A DNA stretch of 64,000 nucleotides. Source: a virus. Taxonomy: Duplodnaviria; Caudoviricetes. Below the pieces are notes generated by a model, which saw only the letters and a list, made by a program, of their open reading frames with translations, was not told the DNA's origin and ran no database searches. The number at the start of each line of letters is the position of its first letter. Positions within the stretch are counted from its first letter, which is position 1. Shown piece by piece: positions 55,880 through 64,000 of this stretch. Both the position numbers and the translations under genes were made by a program. The DNA is taken from positions 1-64,000 of the IMG/VR virus record IMGVR_UViG_3300023174_000048, one strand, 5' to 3'.

Positions 55880-56248
55880 ATGTTTAATTTTAGTAATCGA
55901 TCATCCAGATGGACAACAGTTAGAAAAGAACATCTTAAAAAAAATAATAGTTGTTGTGGATGTGATAAAAAAGATAAGTTAGAAGTTCATCATATTGAAC
56001 CAGTTCATGTTGATCCAAATAGAGAATTAGATCCTTCAAATTTAATAACATTATGTAAAAGTTGTCATTTTAATATTGGCCATTTAATGGATTGGAGTAG
56101 TTGGAATATTGATGTTATTAGTGATAGTAGGGTGTATTTAAATAAAGTAAAGAATCGACCTTATCAAATAAAGGTTCAAAGCAATGAAAGCTCTAATTAT
56201 TTTCATCGTTGCTTGTGTTGGATACTCAATAGCATTAGCAGGAACTAG
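55880..56248 (+). CDS. small HNH endonuclease
   Basis: CCGC..LEVHHIEP..NLITLCKSCHFNIGH. Confidence 0.85.
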   Translation: MFNFSNRSSRWTTVRKEHLKKNNSCCGCDKKDKLEVHHIEPVHVDPNRELDPSNLITLCKSCHFNIGHLMDWSSWNIDVISDSRVYLNKVKNRPYQIKVQSNESSNYFHRCLCWILNSISRN

Positions 56249-56930
56249 AGATCCAAATATTGGTGATGAACACTATCTAAATTATGGATCTAAATTCAAA
56301 TGTGTTGTTGCTATATGTGGAACAGAGGACGACGATCAGTTGTATTGTGCGTCTGCTGTTGCTATAAAACCTCACTGGATATTAACGGCCGCTCATGTTA
56401 TAAAAAAGGCCAAAACTTGTACAGTGACCATGGGTGATAAAAAAATTAATGTTTCAGTATTCATTCCTCATAAGGAATTTGAGAGTAATAATTTTGGATA
56501 TTATGATATTGGATTAGGTTATTGTGATGAAGATATAGGATTAGATTTTTATCCAGAATTTTATGCAGACTCTGACGAAGTTGGCAAAATTGCCGCATTA
56601 GCCGGTTATGGTATAACTGGAACATTTACTACTGGAGCTAATATAGGGGATCGTCAGAAAAGGGGTGGATCTAATCGAATTATGGGCATTGAGAGACATC
56701 TACTGACCTGTGATTTAAAAGATGGTAATACCCCAATGGAGTTTTTAATAGCAAGCGGAGATAGTGGAGGAGGATTATTTATTGATAAAAAATTAGCCGG
56801 AATTAATTCATGTGTTATGACAACAGATGGACATACTAACTCAAACTATAATGATGAAAGTGGTCATACTAGAATTAGTCAACATATAAATTGGATAGAA
56901 AGTACTATAAATGAGAATGAAAAAAAATAA
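56184..56930 (+). CDS. secreted trypsin-like serine protease
   Basis: signal peptide; WILTAAHV, YDIGL, GDSGGGL catalytic triad. Confidence 0.9.
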   Translation: MKALIIFIVACVGYSIALAGTRDPNIGDEHYLNYGSKFKCVVAICGTEDDDQLYCASAVAIKPHWILTAAHVIKKAKTCTVTMGDKKINVSVFIPHKEFESNNFGYYDIGLGYCDEDIGLDFYPEFYADSDEVGKIAALAGYGITGTFTTGANIGDRQKRGGSNRIMGIERHLLTCDLKDGNTPMEFLIASGDSGGGLFIDKKLAGINSCVMTTDGHTNSNYNDESGHTRISQHINWIESTINENEKK

Positions 56931-57837
56931 AATAGGTTTATTACCATACGTAACAGAAGAACTTCACGGACTATCATCTAGTAGTTCTCAGGAGTATGGG
57001 TGGGAACTGTTAAAATTTAATATACCAGATTTATGGACTAAAACTGATGGAGAAGGAGTGACTGTCGCTGTGGTTGATACTGGCTGCGATCTGGATCATC
57101 CAGACTTAAAAGATAATTTATTAGAAGGAAAAAACTTTGTTGATATAAATCAGCCACCTCAAGATGATAATGGTCATGGAAGTCATGTATCTTCAACAAT
57201 AGCAGCAATTAATAATAGTACAGGAATGGTTGGAATAGCCCCAAGAACAAAAATAATACCAATAAAATCATTAGATGCAAATGGTACTGGAAGTATAGAC
57301 AATATTGCTAAAGGAGTTATATGGGCGGCCGATCAAAATGTGAACTTTATTACAATGAGTTTAGGATCCCCCAGAGGAGTAAGTTCATTAGAGGATGCAA
57401 TTAATTATGCTAATTCTAAAGGTTGCGTTGTATTCTGTGCTGCTGGCAATAGCGGAGAGAATTCAGATATAATGTATCCTGCTAAATATGAACAAACCAT
57501 AAGCATCGGTGCAATAGATGAGAATCTTGATAGAACCAGTTTCACTTGTAGTGGAGAATCATTAGACTTTTTAGCTCCTGGACATAATATTTTAGGATGT
57601 ATTCCTGGAGGAAGATATGCTCTTATGAGCGGAACCAGTATGAGCAACCCTTTTGCTGTAGGATGTGCATCGTTGCTATTAAGCTATAATAAAAAACATA
57701 AAAAGTATACTTTAAAAACTCATAATGATTACATAGAAGTTTTCAAAAGTAATTGTTTTGATTTGAAAAATCCAAGATACAAGGGTATTAAAAAATACCA
57801 AGGATATGGGGTCTTAAATCCATTACAACTATTTTAG
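56917..57837 (+). CDS. subtilisin-family S8 serine protease (ISP-like)
   Basis: VAVVDTG, HGSHVSST, AAGN, GTSMSNP; N-terminal LLPY. Confidence 0.92.
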   Translation: MKKNKIGLLPYVTEELHGLSSSSSQEYGWELLKFNIPDLWTKTDGEGVTVAVVDTGCDLDHPDLKDNLLEGKNFVDINQPPQDDNGHGSHVSSTIAAINNSTGMVGIAPRTKIIPIKSLDANGTGSIDNIAKGVIWAADQNVNFITMSLGSPRGVSSLEDAINYANSKGCVVFCAAGNSGENSDIMYPAKYEQTISIGAIDENLDRTSFTCSGESLDFLAPGHNILGCIPGGRYALMSGTSMSNPFAVGCASLLLSYNKKHKKYTLKTHNDYIEVFKSNCFDLKNPRYKGIKKYQGYGVLNPLQLF

Positions 57838-58185
57838 ATTTTGTCGATGTAAATAATGTAATTTATAATTTGAATTATAGTTATTATAAGATGGCTTATT
57901 AGGATTATATAGTCTGCGACGATTTTGAGGATTTTCCATCTGCATCCTTTGTCTATTCATTTCTAATTCATATTCTGATTGGTCATGATAATTATCAGAT
58001 AATCTTGATCGTCTCTCGGTATCCATTAAGGATCTAGGATCAGAAAACGGAACACTAGTATTATTAGAGTAATAAAAAAAACTACTCATACTATCACTCA
58101 ACATTTGATTTTCTGGATTATTCCAGTTTTGAGCACTAATATCTGCTGAGAGTAAAATTAAAATAAAAATTGACCTATATAACAT
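57829..58185 (-). CDS. secreted hypothetical protein
   Basis: signal-peptide-like N-terminus; converges with S8 gene. Confidence 0.55.
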   Translation of the reverse strand: MLYRSIFILILLSADISAQNWNNPENQMLSDSMSSFFYYSNNTSVPFSDPRSLMDTERRSRLSDNYHDQSEYELEMNRQRMQMENPQNRRRLYNPNKPSYNNYNSNYKLHYLHRQNLK

Positions 58186-58314
58186 TGGAAATCCAAACTT
58201 GTAAAAGGAAAGTGATCAATACCATTTAGTATAATACAAAACACGTTTGAATGCAAGCTCTTTGATTTAAAGATTTTATAACTCACCAACCGGCTTATTA
58301 TAGTATTTAGTTTT

Positions 58315-59256
58315 TTATATGATACCTGTTTTTTCTATAAAGCTATTTAATATTTTTAATTGATTTTCTAATTTTACATTATCAAAAAACCATTGTTGTG
58401 CATTGTGTGTGACGAATTGTATTTCTTCTATAGAGATATTTTCAATTATATCTTTTATTTTATTTAAAATATAGCTTTCTTCTTTTTTATTATATATTTT
58501 ATAATATATGTCATCATCAATTATTGTTTTATAGTGATAATTTTCAATTAATGGATTATGAGTTATAATATTTAATTTTTCTCTTAAACATAAATTTTTA
58601 ACCCCAAAATACTCTAAGTCTCTATAACAGATTTGAGCGGCCCCATTGAGACTTAGTCCATATCTATATCCAGAGATATATTTATAGTATGTGTCTTTAT
58701 CTTGATAATCATTTGAATTAGATTTATTAAGTATATGAAAAAAATTATTTTTAGTTAGAACATTAGAATATTGTTGCCTAATTCCATATAGAAGTCCATT
58801 AAAACAACAATTATTTTTTTTATTAGTGATATCTTGATATTTTAATATTCTATTATAGTCATTATAGTTTTCTAAAATATAAAAAGAAGGATGTATAATA
58901 AAATTTTTATTTGCATGTAAATTAAATACATTTGCTGTTAAATTTGATGTAATTCCAAATGCTTTGATATTTAATTTATCTATTGCAGAGTCATGCTCTA
59001 GAATGGCTGGGGCATAGTCTGATAAATTATGTACAAAAGTTTTATTGTTATCAGTTATAATTAAACTGTATATGCTGAAAACAGAAGGCAGATTATTAAT
59101 ATATTCAAAAGATTCATTATGTTGTTTTGCTAAGTCTTTAATGTGAATATATGTTATATCAATTTTTTTATTGACTAAATATTCATGAAATGTTTTGTAT
59201 AGTTCTCCAACATACCAATTAGACTGGTATGGGTCATATGATATTGTTATAGTCAT
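58315..59256 (-). CDS. putative glycosyltransferase (exostosin/GT47-like C-terminus)
   Basis: YYKYISGYRYGLSLNG..CYRDLEYFG pattern; in GT cluster. Confidence 0.55.
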   Translation of the reverse strand: MTITISYDPYQSNWYVGELYKTFHEYLVNKKIDITYIHIKDLAKQHNESFEYINNLPSVFSIYSLIITDNNKTFVHNLSDYAPAILEHDSAIDKLNIKAFGITSNLTANVFNLHANKNFIIHPSFYILENYNDYNRILKYQDITNKKNNCCFNGLLYGIRQQYSNVLTKNNFFHILNKSNSNDYQDKDTYYKYISGYRYGLSLNGAAQICYRDLEYFGVKNLCLREKLNIITHNPLIENYHYKTIIDDDIYYKIYNKKEESYILNKIKDIIENISIEEIQFVTHNAQQWFFDNVKLENQLKILNSFIEKTGII

Positions 59257-60077
59257 ATATAAGATATCGGAATATTATTAATAGTAGAATAAAATAAAAA
59301 ATTAGATATTCTATTCCACGACGTTGCAAAATATACTCTATTAGAATTGGCTAAAATTAATATTTCTAGTAGAGACAACATTGCTCTTTCTTTTAAAATC
59401 TTTTGATCAGATATTCTTTGATTATGATATATGTGATTTCCTTGTGTATCTTCCATTGGTATATTTATACTAAGAGTTTTAGGATTGTTTATTAATTTTT
59501 GTTTAAGAGTATAACTATTAGAGCAAATAAATATATTATTGTTGTTATTATATATATTTATTATTTCATTTATTTTATTTTCATATAAATCAATATTATC
59601 ATCACAATCATTAGGTCTTAAATAAATAGAACTATAGTTAGAATAATTTAAGTTTTGATACATATTATGTATTTGTTTAGATAGCTTAATATTATTTTTT
59701 AGTGGTAAATTACCATATGTTAATCCTGACTGAGGGAAAATTTCAATTTGAAGATTATTAATATTATCTAAAAATAAATCCCACCAATGTAATCCTGGTT
59801 TCGATGCCCCATAGGATATATGTTTAATTTCAAACCCATTTATATTTTCTATTGGTTCATTTATGAATTCTACAGAATTGAATATTTTAAAATTATCTTC
59901 ATCAAAGAAATCAAAAAACTCAAAATTTTTATAGTACATGTTATTAGTAGTATTTATCTTTAAATCTACCTTATAGCCATTAGAAACAAGAATCTCTGTA
60001 TTGTGTAAATATTCTGATATTGCAACAATTGCATCTCCTAATCCAGAATTAAAAGTATGTTGAATGATAGCATTCAT
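59253..60077 (-). CDS. putative fucosyltransferase-like glycosyltransferase
   Basis: SGLGD, IYLRPND, FICSNS, EILILANSNRVY..TS. Confidence 0.55.
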   Translation of the reverse strand: MNAIIQHTFNSGLGDAIVAISEYLHNTEILVSNGYKVDLKINTTNNMYYKNFEFFDFFDEDNFKIFNSVEFINEPIENINGFEIKHISYGASKPGLHWWDLFLDNINNLQIEIFPQSGLTYGNLPLKNNIKLSKQIHNMYQNLNYSNYSSIYLRPNDCDDNIDLYENKINEIINIYNNNNNIFICSNSYTLKQKLINNPKTLSINIPMEDTQGNHIYHNQRISDQKILKERAMLSLLEILILANSNRVYFATSWNRISNFLFYSTINNIPISYI

Positions 60078-60973
60078 TATTCAATTAAATTCCTATCATC
60101 TTTAAAAAGCAAACAATTATTAAATGATCCTTTTATCATTGGAATAATAGTTGTTAAGTTGCCAGGATACCCAACAAAATATTCAGACTCAGCAGCCAAA
60201 GATACCATTGCTAAAATTTGTTGAAGATATTGAATTTTAGATATTTGATACTTATTCATAAACTCTTCATTTGATATCATATATAGTCTTTCATGAAAGC
60301 CACTACTATTAGATGACATGGGTATACTATTTAAGTATTTGATTCTATTGTCATTAATCTGTTGAAAGTCTGAGACTACTGTTGGATCATCTGTTTGTAG
60401 ATAAATATTTTGTATGTTTGAATAATTATTTATTTCTGATAGATATCTATCTGCAGACGGTAATTGTGTCTCATTAAATTTATCTGTTTTTCTAGCCCAT
60501 ATAAAAGCAGTATTATGAGATTGCATATAATTTATATTTTTAATAAAATCTTTTATACCCATAATAGCATTATTACTTTCAAAATAATGATAGTATAGTT
60601 TTTGTAGAATTGACATTACTTTTTCTAAATCTTCTTTATAAAATATGTTCCATCCTCGTGATAGTCCATGAGAAGTTGGGTGAACAGTATTCATAAAAAA
60701 CTCTGCTTCTGATAATGTCAATAATTCATTGTTAGAGGATATGTCTTTTTTTATAAATAAATCATTATAAAAATTATAATTATTATCATATTCAGCTAAA
60801 TAAAAGTCAATATTTTGAACATTATAGCCTAAGCTTTTAATTTTACAGACACCGAACATTCCAACAGTAATATTAGAAAATAAACCATATTGTCTATTTA
60901 AAATAAAAGTAGACCTATCAATATCAAAAGATAAATTACCTCCCCAAAGATCTAATGGGATAATATTAGACAT
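60077..60973 (-). CDS. putative GT23/NodZ-FUT8-like fucosyltransferase
   Basis: GLFSN, WARKTDK (cf. FUT8 HVRRTDK), YLQTDD (cf. YLATDD), LAAESEYFVG. Confidence 0.65.
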   Translation of the reverse strand: MSNIIPLDLWGGNLSFDIDRSTFILNRQYGLFSNITVGMFGVCKIKSLGYNVQNIDFYLAEYDNNYNFYNDLFIKKDISSNNELLTLSEAEFFMNTVHPTSHGLSRGWNIFYKEDLEKVMSILQKLYYHYFESNNAIMGIKDFIKNINYMQSHNTAFIWARKTDKFNETQLPSADRYLSEINNYSNIQNIYLQTDDPTVVSDFQQINDNRIKYLNSIPMSSNSSGFHERLYMISNEEFMNKYQISKIQYLQQILAMVSLAAESEYFVGYPGNLTTIIPMIKGSFNNCLLFKDDRNLIE

Positions 60974-60974
60974 A

Positions 60975-62264
60975 TTATAAATTTCCAGTTATTGGATCGG
61001 CCCATTCTTTACTAATACTATGAGGCCAAACTATCCAACTAGATGGTTTTTTTTCTGTTTGAAACTCTCTCCAAACTTTACAATATCCATCAGGATCATT
61101 TTTCATGCTTAGAATTTCATCTTTATCAGCATCTTGTCTATAAAGATCATTTCCATTTTCATCCTTAAAAGCGACAGCCCAAAAATCATAGTCTTTTTCA
61201 GGAACTTGATCATATCCTATATCAATACAGTGTTTAAAAATACTCATTAAAGATTTATTAAAATCTTCATCAGAAGAATTTTGCATAACGTCTGGTGGTG
61301 GCTTATGATCTTGAACCTGTTTTGTTATGGCTCGTTTACCAAAACATAGTCCACTATATTTTTCATAGTCTCTAAGAGTCCTTTCCGAACCAAAACCATA
61401 TTTACCAAAATCAATATCTCTTTTTTCTCCATCCATTTCGAAGAGTTTTCGATTTTTTAGATGGCAGTAGTCGTTACGTTTTGCCCACTCCTTATCATCG
61501 TCCCACTGCTTAGTGCGTCCTTTTCTGGTATATTCATGCCAGCAAACTACTTTATGAGGATGGAATATATCATATCCATGAGTATATGCTCTTACAGCAA
61601 TACTAATTTCTTCACCATGAAAATAATACTCAGGATCATGTTGAACTTCTGCTGCAAATTCCCCAACAGTAAATGCAAAATGAGCACTATAAAATCGTCC
61701 AGGAAGAGGTTTATCTTTTGGATCCCAAGAATCAAATGATGCAGGAAGAAAAAATACGGCCCCTTCTGGTATAAAACGATCAAAATTCATTTTCCATGGT
61801 TCATTAATTCTGGCACCAGGATCATTATCAGGATCAAAGCTAGGAATATATCCTGTTAATAATGGTTTTTTATATCCATGCTTTTGGAGTTCCTTAACCA
61901 TATTAATCAGTTCAGTATCCCAATTCTTAACAAATCTATGATGACTATCTAATTGAAGAGTATATTTTTCTCCATCATATAGTTGTTGAACTGAATTTCT
62001 TGCCCAACAAACCCCTTTACTATTTAGATAGTTAATATCTAATATTCTAAATCTTGAATCATCTTTAAATTCATCCAGCTTGTCCCACTCGTCTTTATCA
62101 GAGTGTTGCCAGCATATACCAACCCTAAGATTCTCAGGATGCTCAGCTTTATCTATCATATCTTTTAGAGTTGGTAATAATTGAGGATCTCTATAAGATG
62201 CTATCTGAATAAAGATTGTGTTTTTACGATCTTTTTTAATTTTCTCTTCTTTCGCTGGCTTCAT
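60975..62264 (-). CDS. GT60-like polypeptide GlcNAc-transferase (Skp1-hydroxyproline GlcNAcT family)
   Basis: IFIQIASYRD, GICWQ, GVCWARN, LQLDSHHRF, FHGEEISIAVRAYTHGYDIFHP. Confidence 0.8.
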   Translation of the reverse strand: MKPAKEEKIKKDRKNTIFIQIASYRDPQLLPTLKDMIDKAEHPENLRVGICWQHSDKDEWDKLDEFKDDSRFRILDINYLNSKGVCWARNSVQQLYDGEKYTLQLDSHHRFVKNWDTELINMVKELQKHGYKKPLLTGYIPSFDPDNDPGARINEPWKMNFDRFIPEGAVFFLPASFDSWDPKDKPLPGRFYSAHFAFTVGEFAAEVQHDPEYYFHGEEISIAVRAYTHGYDIFHPHKVVCWHEYTRKGRTKQWDDDKEWAKRNDYCHLKNRKLFEMDGEKRDIDFGKYGFGSERTLRDYEKYSGLCFGKRAITKQVQDHKPPPDVMQNSSDEDFNKSLMSIFKHCIDIGYDQVPEKDYDFWAVAFKDENGNDLYRQDADKDEILSMKNDPDGYCKVWREFQTEKKPSSWIVWPHSISKEWADPITGNL

Positions 62265-63888
62265 AAAAATGAACTCTATTATGGGTTATGGGACTACGTA
62301 ATAATATTGCTGGATTAATTTTTTTCTCTTTAGTTAATGTATAAATATGGCTCATCCATGTTTGTTCAAATGGATTATCCCATTTTGTATCTAAAAACAG
62401 TTTTTGATTACCTTCTTGATCTATAATATGGGGCCAATTACAATAGTAAACCTCTCCTTCAGCATATGGTGTGCCATTATAGTTTTTTATACATGTGAAA
62501 TTAGTTGGTGGTTTTTTATTTATATTACCAAAGTATTTGATTTTCTTTTCAGATGGAACATTATGCCAGCTCCATTGATCACTATTATTTCCATAAAACT
62601 CACTAAAGCTAAATTTTAAAAAATCATAGTGTTCATTATCCATAATTTTTATACAGGTATTGAAAAGATTGCTGGCATTTTTTTGAAAACCAAATAAACA
62701 GTTACCTTCATAATCTAATAACATATCATCTTCAAAAAATATCATATATTTAGAACCAGAGTCGGCAAAATGCTCTGCTGAAATTTGTCTAGAGCGACAT
62801 ATCCCTTTATTCCCATGCCTTATCTCTTCAAAGCTATATTTTTTAGTGATTTCATCATATTTAGCAAATAGCTCTTCTTTAGTTGTGTTGTTTAATAATA
62901 CTTTTCTGGTTTTGTTTAAAAAGTTTTGGTCATATTTTTCAAAACTATTAAGAACCATCTGCAGTTGTTCTGGAGAATTAAAAGCATTTATATATAAAAT
63001 AATATCATTATTTGTGTATTTTTTTCTTTGTGGTTTGCCAATATCTTGCACCAATGTTATGTTATTTTTAACTTTTTCAAAAAAAGTAGATATTAAACCA
63101 TTATCCTCTATCATTTCATATTTAAATATATCTGGTTCGAGATAGGTCATAATGGTAAAAATACTCTCCTCAGTACCCATATTACCAGATCTAAGACTAT
63201 CATTTAATATAGAATAGTAGAGTTCGTTTGCTTTTGATATGTAGTCTATATGTCCACCAAAGAAACCTCCACGAGCAACTCTATTTACAGTATTGCTATT
63301 AGAAAATTCTCTCATTTTTTGAATACTAAAGCCATGAACTTCTGAGTTTGTTTCGTATGGAAAACAGACGAATAAGAATTTATCAGTAATGTTTTGTACT
63401 TTTTCAATTACTTTATCATGACTAAAGTAGCCAGGATGAACAGTATTGGTTATTCCACCATCTAACCAAAACATATATTCTGTATTAAATGGATTGGAGC
63501 ATTTAGCGTTATGCAAAAGGAACATTTTGCTCATAACCATAGGATTATAGTATTCCATTGATCCTTGAGCACTATCCTTAAGCCATCCAACTTGAGTATA
63601 CCAGTCTGAATCATTTCTTATCTTTTGAATTTCATCAAAGAATGGGAAGAAAGACCCTTTAAATTGATCTTTAGTATGATGATATACCTTTGTATTCTCT
63701 GGTTTCCTATGCTTCCATACTAAGTGTTCGTGCTTTGGGTCTATGAATACTATTAGTGGTATGTCTAATGTATTTTTTAACAGAAGAGTGAAATTCTCTA
63801 TATAATGATCGAATGTTCTATTCCAACCATCGGATAAACTATCTCTACCAAGATCCCATATGCCTGTAACGATAGTAGAGTTTATCAT
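62236..63888 (-). CDS. HtrL/YibB(WlaTC)-like domain fused to GT-A glycosyltransferase domain
   Basis: TIVTGIWDLGR, SKMFLLHNA..NPFNTEYMFWLDGG, RGGFFGG; C-terminal IFFEDDML. Confidence 0.65.
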   Translation of the reverse strand: MINSTIVTGIWDLGRDSLSDGWNRTFDHYIENFTLLLKNTLDIPLIVFIDPKHEHLVWKHRKPENTKVYHHTKDQFKGSFFPFFDEIQKIRNDSDWYTQVGWLKDSAQGSMEYYNPMVMSKMFLLHNAKCSNPFNTEYMFWLDGGITNTVHPGYFSHDKVIEKVQNITDKFLFVCFPYETNSEVHGFSIQKMREFSNSNTVNRVARGGFFGGHIDYISKANELYYSILNDSLRSGNMGTEESIFTIMTYLEPDIFKYEMIEDNGLISTFFEKVKNNITLVQDIGKPQRKKYTNNDIILYINAFNSPEQLQMVLNSFEKYDQNFLNKTRKVLLNNTTKEELFAKYDEITKKYSFEEIRHGNKGICRSRQISAEHFADSGSKYMIFFEDDMLLDYEGNCLFGFQKNASNLFNTCIKIMDNEHYDFLKFSFSEFYGNNSDQWSWHNVPSEKKIKYFGNINKKPPTNFTCIKNYNGTPYAEGEVYYCNWPHIIDQEGNQKLFLDTKWDNPFEQTWMSHIYTLTKEKKINPAILLRSPITHNRVHFYEASERREN

Positions 63889-64000
63889 AGTTAAGTATGT
63901 ATTATAGTATATCCACCCGCTCTGCATAATATATAATCATAAATCGTAGTATGGTCAAGGCCAAAAAATCTTATCATGGTCGGTTGACATTCATTGACCT

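Noticed and set aside
1-64000. Stop-codon reassignment (common in some large phages)
   Set aside because: Recognisable genes are full length under the standard code and TAA, TAG and TGA all end genes; no suppressor tRNA found.

Overview
AT-rich segment of a large, lytic-type dsDNA bacteriophage genome using the standard genetic code. No capsid, terminase or integrase was recognised in the window. 1-42.9 kb: densely packed + strand early/middle genes behind many sigma70-type promoters. Most are small hypotheticals. Recognisable products are an ASCH protein, three metallophosphoesterases, ThyX, UvsE, a deaminase-like protein, ATP-dependent DNA ligase, a HhH glycosylase-like protein, a kinase-like protein, rIIA/rIIB-like proteins, a RepB-type primase and RuvB, plus a tmRNA and two tRNAs. 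The only credible - strand genes in this part are five HNH endonucleases. 43-58 kb: an actin-like ATPase, two giant Thr/Pro-repeat (mucin-like) proteins, a small HNH, a trypsin-like and a subtilisin protease. 58-64 kb: a convergent - strand cluster of five glycosyltransferase-like genes. Top finding: three paralogous HNH genes (7678, 9062, 14387) each carry a ~115-nt upstream element with two hairpins. The two 7-nt loops are perfectly complementary in every copy although the loop sequence differs between copies (kissing loop with covariation). The opposite strand of the same DNA is a consensus sigma70 promoter pointing away from the HNH gene. A Planctomycetota-like host is only an inference from protein families. 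All protein assignments are by motif recognition, not database search.
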